UHGV virus genome: UHGV-0011871
From: a virus
DNA length: 61,028 nt
Reading direction: 5' to 3' (one strand)
Shown: piece by piece, positions 9,410-19,570 of the stretch
Layout of the letters: every line of letters starts with the position of its first letter
How positions within the stretch are numbered: the stretch's first letter is position 1
The notes under the pieces: generated by a model
Seen by the model: only the letters and a program-made list of their open reading frames with translations
The model's database searches: none
What the model was told of the DNA's origin: nothing
Translations under genes and position numbers: made by a program

Positions 9410-9799
9410 TTATGCAGTTGCAGGAGTACCGCTAGTCAATTCCCCGTCGCCAGTGAATGACAAGCTAGTTTCGATCATGTCGTCGTACGGAGTGCCTGTT
9501 TCGAAGTCAAGTGATGCCCGACCTTCGTATGCAGGAGCCGTATCGTCTTCGTTGTAGAAGAATCGAATCGTTACCTTATCGAATAGATGCGCTGTCCAGT
9601 ACGTGTCGATGTCGAGGATAGTCGCTTCCCCTTCCCATGAACCGTGACCGATTTCGTGCTCTGTCCATCGTGCGCCGGCTACCGTAGAATCAACTTTTTC
9701 AGTTGAACCGGATACGGACCACTCACGTAGTTCCATTACAGTTACAGCCGTGCCGCCTACCGTAAGTTCGACCTTTGCGTATTGACCTGTTGCTTTCAT
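9410..9799 (-). CDS. major tail protein (small)
   Basis: In the right position upstream of the chaperone genes, with a beta-rich composition. Small for a major tail protein, so the call is tentative. Confidence 0.4.
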   Translation of the reverse strand: MKATGQYAKVELTVGGTAVTVMELREWSVSGSTEKVDSTVAGARWTEHEIGHGSWEGEATILDIDTYWTAHLFDKVTIRFFYNEDDTAPAYEGRASLDFETGTPYDDMIETSLSFTGDGELTSGTPATA

Positions 9800-9820
9800 T
9801 TAATCGCTTCCTTTCGTTTT

Positions 9821-10261
9821 TTAGTAGAATTCAATAGCCACGTCAAAATAGCCGTGGTTACTGGCTGTCAGGTCTGAGTTATCGTCACTGCCAATCGGAG
9901 TGAACCCGTTGTCATAAAACGGTACTAGCCTGTCAGTCTCTTCGAATGCTCCCGTCGTTTCATCGTAGGAATACATCGGATGTCCTTTGCGCTCCCGAAG
10001 CACTCGGCGCACCTTGCTGACTAGCTGATACATTTCGTTAACGTCTCGGGCATATACGCCGATTTGAAAACTGTAAGTATCGTAGTAGCTGCGGTGACCT
10101 GCCGATAACTCCTCGGGCAACGCTTGAAGATAATCGATAGTTAAAAACGGTCGAGGTATCTCCGTCAGGTTTACGCCTGCATAGATGATTTGAACATCGT
10201 TGGCCTCCGGTACTCCATATTCGAGAGCCATCCGAAGCGAATACATAAACTCGTATTCCAT
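9821..10261 (-). CDS. tail completion / tail terminator protein
   Basis: Position within the head-tail joining block. Confidence 0.35.
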   Translation of the reverse strand: MEYEFMYSLRMALEYGVPEANDVQIIYAGVNLTEIPRPFLTIDYLQALPEELSAGHRSYYDTYSFQIGVYARDVNEMYQLVSKVRRVLRERKGHPMYSYDETTGAFEETDRLVPFYDNGFTPIGSDDNSDLTASNHGYFDVAIEFY

Positions 10262-10278
10262 CGGTTACACTCCTTTCG

Positions 10279-10638
10279 TCAGTCGAAAGTATCTTTGACC
10301 ATGTATTTCATGCGGTCCCGAATAAGCACTTTGTTCTTGGCGATAGACTTACGGAAGTACCCTCGTTTCGATTTGTGCTCGTACTCCTGACGTTGGGCAT
10401 ACGGCATAGTGGAACCGTAGAACCATTTCATCTGATTCTCCTGCGTGACAGACGCTTTAATCGACTGTGCAAGAGCCGTGGTGTCTTTCGGTGCCATTTC
10501 GTATGAATCCTCCGCCATATCGTGAATGCCTTCTTCGAGTGCGTTCCGTATTCTCTTCTTTAGTTTTCGTGCGCTACGTCGCCCTGCATGTCGCTTGACA
10601 TCGTCAGCACCTTCGAACTTGAATCGATACCTAGGCAT
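10279..10638 (-). CDS. head-tail joining protein (HK97 gp10-like)
   Basis: Position and size; basic. Confidence 0.35.
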   Translation of the reverse strand: MPRYRFKFEGADDVKRHAGRRSARKLKKRIRNALEEGIHDMAEDSYEMAPKDTTALAQSIKASVTQENQMKWFYGSTMPYAQRQEYEHKSKRGYFRKSIAKNKVLIRDRMKYMVKDTFD

Positions 10639-11030
10639 TACTTAATCAACTCCAATAGGATATAGTGACGGTTCGGAATCCCGATGCCCTTTATATCCGC
10701 AGCTTTGATTACGTACTGCTCTCCGGTAAGTACACGGGTTACTTTCGTTACGCCGTCTACATCGATTTCGATGTCGAGGTTAATGATCGCATCATCCGTA
10801 ACAACGTGAACGCCATTCTCGAATTCAATTTCGCCCTCGCCGCCCGATTGCGAGATAAGTGAAACCCACGTACCTTTCACCGTCCTCGCTTCCTCACGAT
10901 ATTTCTTATCGCCGGTAAACGGGTCTTTTCCGATCACTACTCGTTTTGTCAGGAGGATGTCTTCCTCTCGCCCCCGAGTAATCTCTTTCCGTGTCTCTTT
11001 CATATGCTGAATGTCCCACGGTTCTAACAT
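10638..11030 (-). CDS. head closure / head-tail connector protein
   Basis: Position and size. Confidence 0.35.
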   Translation of the reverse strand: MLEPWDIQHMKETRKEITRGREEDILLTKRVVIGKDPFTGDKKYREEARTVKGTWVSLISQSGGEGEIEFENGVHVVTDDAIINLDIEIDVDGVTKVTRVLTGEQYVIKAADIKGIGIPNRHYILLELIK

Positions 11031-11046
11031 TAGCGTCCCTCCTCGT

Positions 11047-11925
11047 TTATGCTAAACGGTCGTCCAGGACTAGGTGCAACGTACTCCGGCAACGTGGATG
11101 CGGATGCCGAATCTTTCGAGTACCGACCGGATAAACTCCTTTGCCCATGCCATGAGCGTCTACGTTAGCGTACTCGTAGCATTTGTGGCGTTCGTGCTCT
11201 CCGGCCTTACCGTGAGGGTAGTCTTGAATACGAAGCCCAGTAGCAATGCCGGATAACTCAGCAAACGTAGCGATTGTATTCCTATGGACGTAAAGTGTCT
11301 CCGTTTCGGCTATCGTCTTTAATCGCCATGCTAGCGAAGAGAATCCACGCTTTACCTTTCGGTTCATTTCGGAAGTGACTTCGCCTTTTCGGATACTTGT
11401 TCGAAGTGTGCCGGATACTTCCCGAATGATAACCCGTGAAATGTCTTGTAGCCTGTCGTTAAGCCGTAAGCCGTCGGAATCCTTACGATTGAAAGGAGTT
11501 CTCGCCATGTCTTGAATGAATTTTTCCGTGCTTTTGCCGATTAGTGCCGGAAACAGCAACGTGATGTCAGCTAGCGATTCCGCAAGTTCCTTGACCGCAA
11601 GTAACGCAGCTATATCGATTGCCGTTGCGATTGCCGTAGATAATCCGACTGCCGTAGCCTCGGCTGTGGCGTTGAACATGATTTGCAGTTCTGCTTGAAT
11701 GTCTCGGTAGATTTGCCCTTCCACTCTCGCTAGGTCACGGATAACCGCACCTTGCTTGTTTCGGGGAATGATACCGTTGCTGTCCGCATACTTCGCAAGA
11801 ATGTCCTCGACCATTAGCCTCGCTCTATCGGCTGCCCGAGTAAGCTGACCATACTTTCGTGGGAGAGTATTTTCGATGTTCTCGAGAAGTTCATCGATCT
11901 TAGCGTTGAATTGTTTCTGTCCCAT
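11047..11925 (-). CDS. minor capsid protein (SPP1 gp7 / Mu F-like)
   Basis: 292 aa; the Ala-rich helical central region and C-terminal 'HPHPRCRSTLHLV' resemble Mu F family head morphogenesis proteins. Confidence 0.45.
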   Translation of the reverse strand: MGQKQFNAKIDELLENIENTLPRKYGQLTRAADRARLMVEDILAKYADSNGIIPRNKQGAVIRDLARVEGQIYRDIQAELQIMFNATAEATAVGLSTAIATAIDIAALLAVKELAESLADITLLFPALIGKSTEKFIQDMARTPFNRKDSDGLRLNDRLQDISRVIIREVSGTLRTSIRKGEVTSEMNRKVKRGFSSLAWRLKTIAETETLYVHRNTIATFAELSGIATGLRIQDYPHGKAGEHERHKCYEYANVDAHGMGKGVYPVGTRKIRHPHPRCRSTLHLVLDDRLA

Positions 11926-11937
11926 CGGTAACCCTCC

Positions 11938-12324
11938 TTAGTAATATGGTCTGTCTGCTCGTGGGATTGCTCGGAATCTCGGTCCTGCTGTCCGTCCTGC
12001 TTCGTTTTTCTTTCGTTCGTATTTGCGAAACAATTGTTCAGCCATATTCCGGTACGTCTCCGATACCATTCGTTTGTCGACGGTTTCTTCGGCATCCTTG
12101 TACTGGAAGTAGTAAGCTGTCCGTAACGCAATTTGTAGCGTTCCGTCCCATTCTGCGTATAACAGAATTAGTAGCTGATCGGAGTCGGGCACGTCCTGCT
12201 CTAGGCGAAAACCATGTTCAAGCATCGACCGCTCAATCCAACCCTCCACGTCTGTTTGGTCAACGTTCGGGACTCCTCTAAATCGGGCAAGCAAAGCCGT
12301 TGCTAACTCTGATTTTGTCGCCAT
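11938..12324 (-). CDS. head-tail adaptor / DNA packaging protein
   Basis: Position directly after the capsid genes; 128 aa. Confidence 0.35.
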   Translation of the reverse strand: MATKSELATALLARFRGVPNVDQTDVEGWIERSMLEHGFRLEQDVPDSDQLLILLYAEWDGTLQIALRTAYYFQYKDAEETVDKRMVSETYRNMAEQLFRKYERKKNEAGRTAGPRFRAIPRADRPYY

Positions 12325-12341
12325 CTAAACGCCCCCTTATA

Positions 12342-12566
12342 TTAGTCCTTCTTAGCGTCCGTTTTCTTTTTCTTCGTAGCCTTCTTCTTCGGCTTCTCTT
12401 CGGTTGTTTCATCTGCCTTTTTCTCGGCTTTCGGCTCTTCCGTAGATTTTAGTATTTCGCCGTAACCTACTCGCTCAAGATACTTCGCAGATTTCTCGTC
12501 TACCTCGATGGTAGTACCAGGGCCATGTCCGTTGACATAAGCCCCAGTGACTTTAACCTTCGGCAT
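12342..12566 (-). CDS. small lysine-rich head-associated protein
   Basis: 74 aa; the C-terminus is K/E-rich ('KKKATKKKKTDAKKD'). Confidence 0.35.
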   Translation of the reverse strand: MPKVKVTGAYVNGHGPGTTIEVDEKSAKYLERVGYGEILKSTEEPKAEKKADETTEEKPKKKATKKKKTDAKKD

Positions 12567-13582
12567 TAGACAGTGTAAACGTCTGCGTGGAAGATACGGC
12601 TAGGTTGCTCGATAGTCGGGAAGCCTGCTGCTACCGCTTCGATTACGGAACGGATAGGAGCACGTAAGTCCTCGGCTGTAAGAGCGATACCTGGATTGAA
12701 GTCGTTTTCTACCGTTGGTCCAAGCAAGAATTTGCCGACACCTTCGGATAGCATTACGACACGGTTAACTGGGAAGAACTCGATAGTTTCGTTCTCGCCG
12801 TTAGCAACGTTCTTAACTGTTACTTTACGGTTAGTAACGATGCTTACTGTCGGAAGACCGTAACCGCTAAGTACGGAATCCAATTCGCTGACAGATACAC
12901 GAGTACGTCCAGAACCTCCGCCTGCTGCTTCCGTGATGATTGTCGTATTTTTCAATAGCAACGCTTGAACTTCACGGGACATGTAGATAGCGTCAGGAGA
13001 TTCGCCGTTAGCTGTTTCGTACGCTTGGCTCCATTCCAAAAGATCGCCGATAACATCGTGGCTCTCGTCAGCCCATGTAGACTCAGTAAGAACTACTTTG
13101 TTTTCTGCCGGTACGCCGAAATCAACGTTAACTTCGATGCCGTGTTTCTTGTAAGTGAACTCGCCTTTAGCAAGTGCCTCCATTTTGATAACGTGAATAC
13201 GACGATTCAACGCTTCAACTAGCTGAACTGCTTCGAACGTAAGGTTGTCTACCATCGCTTGGGACTCGGCTGTAGAACGGGCTTGGTGCAACGCTAGCAA
13301 TTCCTCTTCGGTTGCTACGTATTTAAGACCCATCTTAGCGATTTCGCCTGCCATGCTAGCGACTTGATTGCGGTCTACTACCGGTGGCTCGGCTCCGTGT
13401 CCGATCATCGCTGCGATGTATTTGTTAGACTTGATAACGTCATATGCGAACTTCGTGCTGAACGTATTTTCGTTCGGTAGGTAACGGTCTGCGAAAGTCT
13501 CTTGTCCTTCCTGTACAGTTGCGTCTACCAATCCAAGTAATGCCGGTTTTTGAAATTCCTCTAAGTGTGTAATACCTGCCAT
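12566..13582 (-). CDS. major capsid protein
   Basis: 338 aa, following the scaffold gene; size and position are typical. Confidence 0.65.
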   Translation of the reverse strand: MAGITHLEEFQKPALLGLVDATVQEGQETFADRYLPNENTFSTKFAYDVIKSNKYIAAMIGHGAEPPVVDRNQVASMAGEIAKMGLKYVATEEELLALHQARSTAESQAMVDNLTFEAVQLVEALNRRIHVIKMEALAKGEFTYKKHGIEVNVDFGVPAENKVVLTESTWADESHDVIGDLLEWSQAYETANGESPDAIYMSREVQALLLKNTTIITEAAGGGSGRTRVSVSELDSVLSGYGLPTVSIVTNRKVTVKNVANGENETIEFFPVNRVVMLSEGVGKFLLGPTVENDFNPGIALTAEDLRAPIRSVIEAVAAGFPTIEQPSRIFHADVYTV

Positions 13583-13638
13583 TTTATATCGTCTCCTTTA
13601 AATTTGTTTTCGTTTATTTTCGTTAAAAATCGTTTGAC

Positions 13639-14013
13639 TTATCGTGCCGGAATGTAACGGATGTTGTCGTTAGCTGCACGGAACTCAGCCGTAGGTGCCT
13701 CAGGCATCTTGTCGACGTATACAGAACCTCGAATGATGATTTCACCAACGATAGTATCGTTTTCGCCATCGTTTACGAAGTCAATATTTAGTACGCCGAA
13801 ATCAGTGTAGCCCGTTAGGTCAGTGCCGTTGAAAGGCTCGAATTTACCGGAAGTCTCGTTACGAGCAACAAGAGTACCAATAGGTACAACGCCTGCGTCG
13901 AATGCTCGAGCGTCCATAGTGCCTCCTACTTCGATAAACTGAACGTGCTCGGATGCTAGGATGTTAATTCCACCTGTGAAACCTGTTTGGCTAGTTTGTA
14001 GATTGTATGCCAT
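13639..14013 (-). CDS. head decoration / capsid-associated protein
   Basis: 124 aa, between the scaffold and the major capsid genes. Confidence 0.3.
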   Translation of the reverse strand: MAYNLQTSQTGFTGGINILASEHVQFIEVGGTMDARAFDAGVVPIGTLVARNETSGKFEPFNGTDLTGYTDFGVLNIDFVNDGENDTIVGEIIIRGSVYVDKMPEAPTAEFRAANDNIRYIPAR

Positions 14014-14046
14014 TATAAATCGTCTCCTTTTCGTATTTATTCGGGG

Positions 14047-14658
14047 TTATTTTTTCCCCTTAATTTTTCCCAATGATTTGAGTCGTTCGTACTGCGCCTT
14101 ACCTTTGTCCTCGAGGTTTTTCTTCTTCGGAACTGCTTTACCGCCGTTGCCCGGATTCGGGTCACCGTATTGCTTCTTCGGTGGGATGTCCGCCTTGAGT
14201 GCGTCTAGCGATGCGTTTAATTCGTCGTCAGACTCACCTTCGATGAACTTGATATATCGTTTAGCTTGTTCTTCTGTATAGCCGGCTTTAACAAGCAACG
14301 ATTCTTTCTTCGCTTGGAGTGCGGTAGCACGTTGAGCCTCTAGGTCTTTTTGCAAAGTCTCGTAAAGGTCTTTGTACTTCTCCTGCTCCAAGAGTCGTTC
14401 ACGCTCGGATTTCTTGCGCTCTTCTTCGAGTGCTTCCTCACGCTTTTTGCGTTCCCTCTCGAGACGTTCCTTTACGATGCGGTCGATGTCCTCCTGAGTA
14501 AACGTTTTTGACTCGCCGTGATTTTCCGGTTCGGCTCCCGTGTCTTTTTCGTCAGGTACGTTGTCAGTAGTTTCATCGTTTGTATCTGTAAGGTCTGCGC
14601 CTTGATCGGAATTACCTTCCGCAAAATGTTGTAAGTTTAATCGTAGTAATTCTTCCAT
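14047..14658 (-). CDS. capsid scaffolding protein
   Basis: Highly charged alpha-helical protein (E/K/R-rich coiled coil) directly upstream of the capsid gene. Confidence 0.6.
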   Translation of the reverse strand: MEELLRLNLQHFAEGNSDQGADLTDTNDETTDNVPDEKDTGAEPENHGESKTFTQEDIDRIVKERLERERKKREEALEEERKKSERERLLEQEKYKDLYETLQKDLEAQRATALQAKKESLLVKAGYTEEQAKRYIKFIEGESDDELNASLDALKADIPPKKQYGDPNPGNGGKAVPKKKNLEDKGKAQYERLKSLGKIKGKK

Positions 14659-14725
14659 TGTTCCTCCGCCTTTCGTGCGTATAAGTTCTCCGTCAGTTTA
14701 ACGACATATCGTAGGTCAGTTACGT

Positions 14726-15151
14726 TTAAGCCTGCGTAGGCCACGGTACTGCGATTGTTTCTCCGTTTGATAACGTGAATGTGATGTTTGTGCCATCGGA
14801 TGTTGCGCCTGTGACGCTTACTCCGTCTGCTCCTTTTGCTCCGGCTGCTCCTGCGTCGCCTTTATCGCCTTTATCGCCTTTCGGGCCTTGTGCTCCGGCT
14901 GGTCCGGCTTCTCCTCGCTGTCCTGTGTCACCTTTCGGTCCGGTGGCTCCCGTTGCTCCACGGTCGCCCTTCGGTCCTTTAAGCGATGCTAGCCATTCTT
15001 GCTCGGTTCCTTCGAATCCATTATCGACTGCGATCTCGTATGCTGATTTTCCTGGGGCACCGCTACCTCCGCCTCCGATAATTCCTCGTTTGTTACTGAA
15101 CATCGGCTTATCTGCCATTTCGTCACCCCCGTTTATTGGTTTTCTCCGCAA
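14726..15151 (-). CDS. collagen-like (Gly-X-Y repeat) protein
   Basis: About 17 uninterrupted G-X-Y triplets ('GPKGDRGATGATGPKGDTGQRGEAGPAGAQGPKGDKGDKGDAGAAGAKGADG'). Confidence 0.6.
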   Translation of the reverse strand: MRRKPINGGDEMADKPMFSNKRGIIGGGGSGAPGKSAYEIAVDNGFEGTEQEWLASLKGPKGDRGATGATGPKGDTGQRGEAGPAGAQGPKGDKGDKGDAGAAGAKGADGVSVTGATSDGTNITFTLSNGETIAVPWPTQA

Positions 15152-15222
15152 TCACAATCCTCGCAAAATGGGCAATTCTCTCTATCGTTGTTCATAAAGC
15201 GCACCTCCTTTGCTTAGTGATA

Positions 15223-17118
15223 TTAGCGTTGTCTCACTTGTACTACGCCGTCTCCACGGCAGTTCTGACATGTTGCGATGTCGCCTTGCTCGATGCTGAT
15301 TACCTGACCGGAACCTCCGCACTCTCCGCACATTTCAACGAGTTCGCCTGCTGAGTTCTTCGGTTGTCCGCCCTGCTCTAGTTGAAGTTCGGCTTCTTTG
15401 GCTGCCGGAGTTAACGGCCCACCGGAAGGCTTCGTATCCTTATCGAGTGGCATGTCGCCACCGTACGGGTCCATCATTTGTTGCATCGCCATGAATTCTT
15501 TATTGATTTCGTCTTGCTTCGCTTTAATGTCCTCAACGCCTAGACGTTTAAGAGCACCTGATTGCGACTCAAGCTGTGCCGTCATTTCTTCGGTTAGCAA
15601 TTCGACAAGTTCCTTACGGTTATCCGGTAGTGGGAATACAAATTTCATTTCTGTTTCGTAGTCCTCGATCTTACGGATAATTTCCTTATCGTAATTGAAC
15701 ATCGATTCTCCGAGACGGGCTTGCAGGTACTTGATTGATTTCTCGTGAAGTTCCTGTAGACCGTACTCCCACGTTAACCAATGCTCTTCGGTATCGCTGA
15801 TAATCTCGTGGAAGAGAATCTGTAATGCGTCTCCGTTAAGTCCGCCGAAGTTTAGTTCCTGAGGAACGATTTGCGGTAAGCCGGAAACCTCGTGCATTGC
15901 GCCCTTGACTCGCATGTACTGGTCTTTGAAGACTGCTCCCCATTTGAAGCCGGATTCGATTTTCGAAATCTGCGGATTCTGTCCGTCTTGGAACCCTCTC
16001 GCTTCAAGTACGGCTCCAGGCGCAATCTGCATTTGATCGGCTGTGCCTTCCGGTGCATTCAGTACCGCAGTCATAGCGAACATTTCGAATTTAAGAGCGT
16101 CGATTGCGTCTTCGTTCATTCGATTGAGAACATCGTTTTGCTCCCGTAGGTTTGCGATCTCGCTGTCCCGAGCGTTTTCCGCCAGTAGGTCGTTTACCTC
16201 GAAGGTTACGACTGGAATGAACGGAATGCCCATCGGTGTATTCGGTTGAATCTGCTCGATTACCTCGAGTTCATCCGCACTGTAAATCGCTTCCTCTACG
16301 TAGCATTGTCGTGATTCCCCTTCGCCATCTAGTCTGAACGTTTGCTTACGGAATGCTTCGACTTCCTCTCCGCCATCTTCGACCATCATTTGACGGATGA
16401 AGTGACATGCGACCATTTCCTCGAAGTCGTCGTCCGAGTAAACCGGAAAGAACTCCGTGTCAGGTCGGAATAGCCATCGTAGCTTCCCTGTATTCGGATT
16501 AAAGACGATTTTACATACGACTCTATCTGCGATTAACCGGTCCCTAGCTGCTTGCAATAGCTTCGAACGCATCTTGTTCTCACGCCATAGCTGATGAAGA
16601 ATCTTTTCGTATCCTTCCGCAATTCGGTCGGCTTCCATTTGCTTCGTTGCTGTTTCGTCTGACATCGCATTAATAGGCGCTGTCGTCGCTTGTGAGCCGT
16701 TTAAGCCCGTTTGGCTAGGCTGACCTTCGGGAACCCCTTCCGTCTGTTCTGCCGCCATCCTGAGGGCTTCTGAGCCGTCCTCCTCTACGACTTTCTTACG
16801 AGGCACCGCAATTGAGTGTTTTCCACCCATCTGCCAACGTGCTTTTCGATTGATAATCGCTTTGAAGTAGTTTGTAGCGTAACGGGTCGGGTCATATTCG
16901 AGTCCTGGCGGTCTATCCAATTCGGATGCGTGAACCAATTCGCCGTTCTCGTTTCTGTGCTGTTTACCGGAATAATACTCGTAGTTCTCGAACTGAGTCT
17001 GTAGTCTTGCGACTGTTTCTTCGCCCAGGGCAATTTCCCACGGCGAGAATAACAATTCGTCCATGTCTTCCGGTGCCATAAGGTTGTAATCGGCTGTGAA
17101 CTTTTCAAAACGTCCCAT
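15223..17118 (-). CDS. portal protein with C-terminal CxxCxGxG zinc-finger extension
   Basis: 631 aa, immediately downstream of TerL. C-terminal 'CGECGGSGQV...CQNCRGDGVV'. Confidence 0.65.
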   Translation of the reverse strand: MGRFEKFTADYNLMAPEDMDELLFSPWEIALGEETVARLQTQFENYEYYSGKQHRNENGELVHASELDRPPGLEYDPTRYATNYFKAIINRKARWQMGGKHSIAVPRKKVVEEDGSEALRMAAEQTEGVPEGQPSQTGLNGSQATTAPINAMSDETATKQMEADRIAEGYEKILHQLWRENKMRSKLLQAARDRLIADRVVCKIVFNPNTGKLRWLFRPDTEFFPVYSDDDFEEMVACHFIRQMMVEDGGEEVEAFRKQTFRLDGEGESRQCYVEEAIYSADELEVIEQIQPNTPMGIPFIPVVTFEVNDLLAENARDSEIANLREQNDVLNRMNEDAIDALKFEMFAMTAVLNAPEGTADQMQIAPGAVLEARGFQDGQNPQISKIESGFKWGAVFKDQYMRVKGAMHEVSGLPQIVPQELNFGGLNGDALQILFHEIISDTEEHWLTWEYGLQELHEKSIKYLQARLGESMFNYDKEIIRKIEDYETEMKFVFPLPDNRKELVELLTEEMTAQLESQSGALKRLGVEDIKAKQDEINKEFMAMQQMMDPYGGDMPLDKDTKPSGGPLTPAAKEAELQLEQGGQPKNSAGELVEMCGECGGSGQVISIEQGDIATCQNCRGDGVVQVRQR

Positions 17119-17142
17119 TCGCTCAACTCCTTTCGTTTATTT

Positions 17143-18759
17143 TTATCTTGCTCGTTTCCTCGTCGTTCGGATTACTGCGTTTCCTTGCTGTGCCGTTGCG
17201 TATCCCATTTGTACCGCATCGGGACCGTCGTCGTGTTTATGCATCGGATACATTTCGAACTGCTCGATCAGCTTCCGATCGATGTTACGATTGAACCGTA
17301 GCTTACCGCTTTGAACGTCCGGCAGCATCGATTCGATACGCAGTGCCTTACGAGTACGTTGTTTTATCTGCTTGATACGTGTATGGCTCGGGTAGCCGTG
17401 CGCTTGTAAGCCCTCCGCCAACTTGTCAGCGATAAACTCCTGTGCGAACTGTGCCTCGATGCCGATACCTTCGTATTGATATTTCATCGTATAATCGATT
17501 ACCTTCTGAATGAGGATGTCGGGATGAACCCGTTCCATGTATATGTCCCACACGTAATACTTGCCAGTATCGAGGTTCCTCACAATCGTAGCGATAACCG
17601 AGTAGTCACCTGCCTGCTTACCCATCGCAATATCGATACCTGCGTAAAAACGTAAGTTAGCGTGTTTCAATTCCTCAGGGTCGAACCATTCGAAGTATTC
17701 CGGCTTGAAGACCTGACGTTCCTCGTCCGTTGGGTTATTTTGGTATTCTTGGTTGAACATCTTCGCACCGTTTTCCTCACGGATAACGATAAACTCGTAG
17801 TATGACCAATAGCCGGGCCACAAGATTTCCGTACCCTTCAACATTTCCTCTTCGTTTTCCTCGTAGAATGCCCGAGCGTCGTCGGCTGCTGTTTTCGAAT
17901 CAGACCGATAAATCTTACGCCATTGTTCCCACAAGTCCTCACGTTCTGAAAACGAGGTTACCGCCGACATTTTACGAGATTCGAAGTCTCGCCGTTCTTC
18001 GATTACATAATGTAGTAGCGAGCCGAAACATAGGATTGTTCCGAGGTAAATACAGATACCTTCCTTCGACATCGCCGGTAGCATTTCCTCACGGAACCAC
18101 GCTTTGTTCTTCTCGATCAATACCGGAGTATTAGTCGACTCTTTCGATTCCAAGTCGTCGAGAATGAACATGTCCGGTCGAGTATCGCCGTGTCGCAAGC
18201 CCCTCGTTTGCGTTCCTAACCCTTTCGCTTCCACTTTCGTATCAGTCGTCGTAATGAACTCGTATTTGTTATCAAGTTCGTTCATTGACGGCTTGACATG
18301 CAAGATTTCACCGTAGTCGGCTCGTAGCTTTTCGTTTAATTTCAGTTGGTACTTGCCCCACGAAATGAAGTCGCCTGCTACGTCGGTAGTTTCCGAGAAC
18401 AATACGATGTAACGCTTTGCCCTGTACACGATTTGATGCACGAGGAATATGTTCGAAATCCATGCGGTCTTTGCGTGTCTACGAGGTACGGCCCAAGCTA
18501 CGTTTTTCTTCTGCCTGCCGGTCATGATGTCGTTGAACAATTCGCAAAGTTCCTTGTGTATCCATGCTGCGTTAGCTACGTTGACACCCTCAGGAATCAA
18601 GTTACTCGGATTGCCTGGGTTACCATCGTCCGAGAAATACGTCATTCCGAAGTAGAGAACGTCGTGCTCCCCACGATGGATGCGTTCTACCTGCTCGATC
18701 TCGTCTAACACGTCCTCTAATCGAATGAGGTCGGCATCTACCGCTTGACCTGACTTCAT
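17143..18759 (-). CDS. terminase large subunit
   Basis: 538 aa, with an N-terminal ATPase region and a C-terminal nuclease-like region containing acidic motifs. Sits between TerS and the portal. Confidence 0.8.
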   Translation of the reverse strand: MKSGQAVDADLIRLEDVLDEIEQVERIHRGEHDVLYFGMTYFSDDGNPGNPSNLIPEGVNVANAAWIHKELCELFNDIMTGRQKKNVAWAVPRRHAKTAWISNIFLVHQIVYRAKRYIVLFSETTDVAGDFISWGKYQLKLNEKLRADYGEILHVKPSMNELDNKYEFITTTDTKVEAKGLGTQTRGLRHGDTRPDMFILDDLESKESTNTPVLIEKNKAWFREEMLPAMSKEGICIYLGTILCFGSLLHYVIEERRDFESRKMSAVTSFSEREDLWEQWRKIYRSDSKTAADDARAFYEENEEEMLKGTEILWPGYWSYYEFIVIREENGAKMFNQEYQNNPTDEERQVFKPEYFEWFDPEELKHANLRFYAGIDIAMGKQAGDYSVIATIVRNLDTGKYYVWDIYMERVHPDILIQKVIDYTMKYQYEGIGIEAQFAQEFIADKLAEGLQAHGYPSHTRIKQIKQRTRKALRIESMLPDVQSGKLRFNRNIDRKLIEQFEMYPMHKHDDGPDAVQMGYATAQQGNAVIRTTRKRAR

Positions 18760-18895
18760 GAGCGCTAAGAGTAAGTCTCGCTCCTCTCGAAGCTGTTCGA
18801 GGTACTCAGCACGTTCGTTGTAGCCGAGCCATTTTTTATCACCGTTGCTGTCCGTGATTAATGCGATAGTAACCGCCTCCCTTCGAATTTAGTCG

Positions 18896-19330
18896 TTAGT
18901 TATCGTTTGCTTTGTTAATACGTTCCAGTAGCGCTGCCTTACGCTCTTCGAACGAAAGATCGCCACCGTTATTGATCGTTACCTCAGTATGCGTATCTAG
19001 GTCGCCAATACGCTTCAAGTAAACCTCGATGCCCCTTACCGAGCCACGCTCGATGGAGTCGATTAGTTTCTTGTAAACTAGCGCAAGGTGCGAATCCATG
19101 AACTCACTCGCTAAATAGTTCTTGTAGTTAATGAAGTTCGAATCCTTCGTATCCCAGTTATGCAATGTCTTCCGGCTGACACCGAGTTCTTCTGCGATTG
19201 CTTCCTTAGTCTTGCGTTGCCCTTTCGGCGTAAACTCGTATTCTACTAATGCTATCGCTGCTTCTCGTTGCTTCGGTAAGAACTTAGATTCATCGTATTT
19301 AAAGTTATGTTTGTTGCTCACGTTGTCCAC
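18896..19330 (-). CDS. terminase small subunit (HTH)
   Basis: 144 aa with an HTH ('EAIAEELGVSRKTLHNWDTKD'). It is the first gene of the structural operon, adjacent to a repeat-rich non-coding region. Confidence 0.6.
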   Translation of the reverse strand: MDNVSNKHNFKYDESKFLPKQREAAIALVEYEFTPKGQRKTKEAIAEELGVSRKTLHNWDTKDSNFINYKNYLASEFMDSHLALVYKKLIDSIERGSVRGIEVYLKRIGDLDTHTEVTINNGGDLSFEERKAALLERINKANDN

Positions 19331-19570
19331 CTCCTCGTTTTAATTTCGTACACTGCTTCGCCACCGTGGAACATGCGCCCCTTGACGTAAATTAATACGC
19401 CATGTTATCGTATGTATGTAAAATCCTCACGTAATGCCCATCGATTGCCCACCGTATTGCCCTCTCGTGGTCGACCCCGACCTTTGAAAATTTTGTAGGA
19501 ATTTTTCGGACACCCGGCAGCACGGGCGCAGGCTCGATATACCCCCGGGGGTTCACAAACCCAGTAATAC

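Noticed and set aside
14014-14047. GGGGttattttttCCCC hairpin after the scaffold gene
   Set aside because: A 4-bp stem with a 9-nt loop and no downstream U-run on the transcribed strand. Likely not a functional terminator.
14775-15197. Pro/Ala/Ser-rich 140-aa ORF on the plus strand
   Set aside because: It is the reverse-strand reading of the (GXY)n collagen repeat (GGN/NCC periodicity), not an independent gene.
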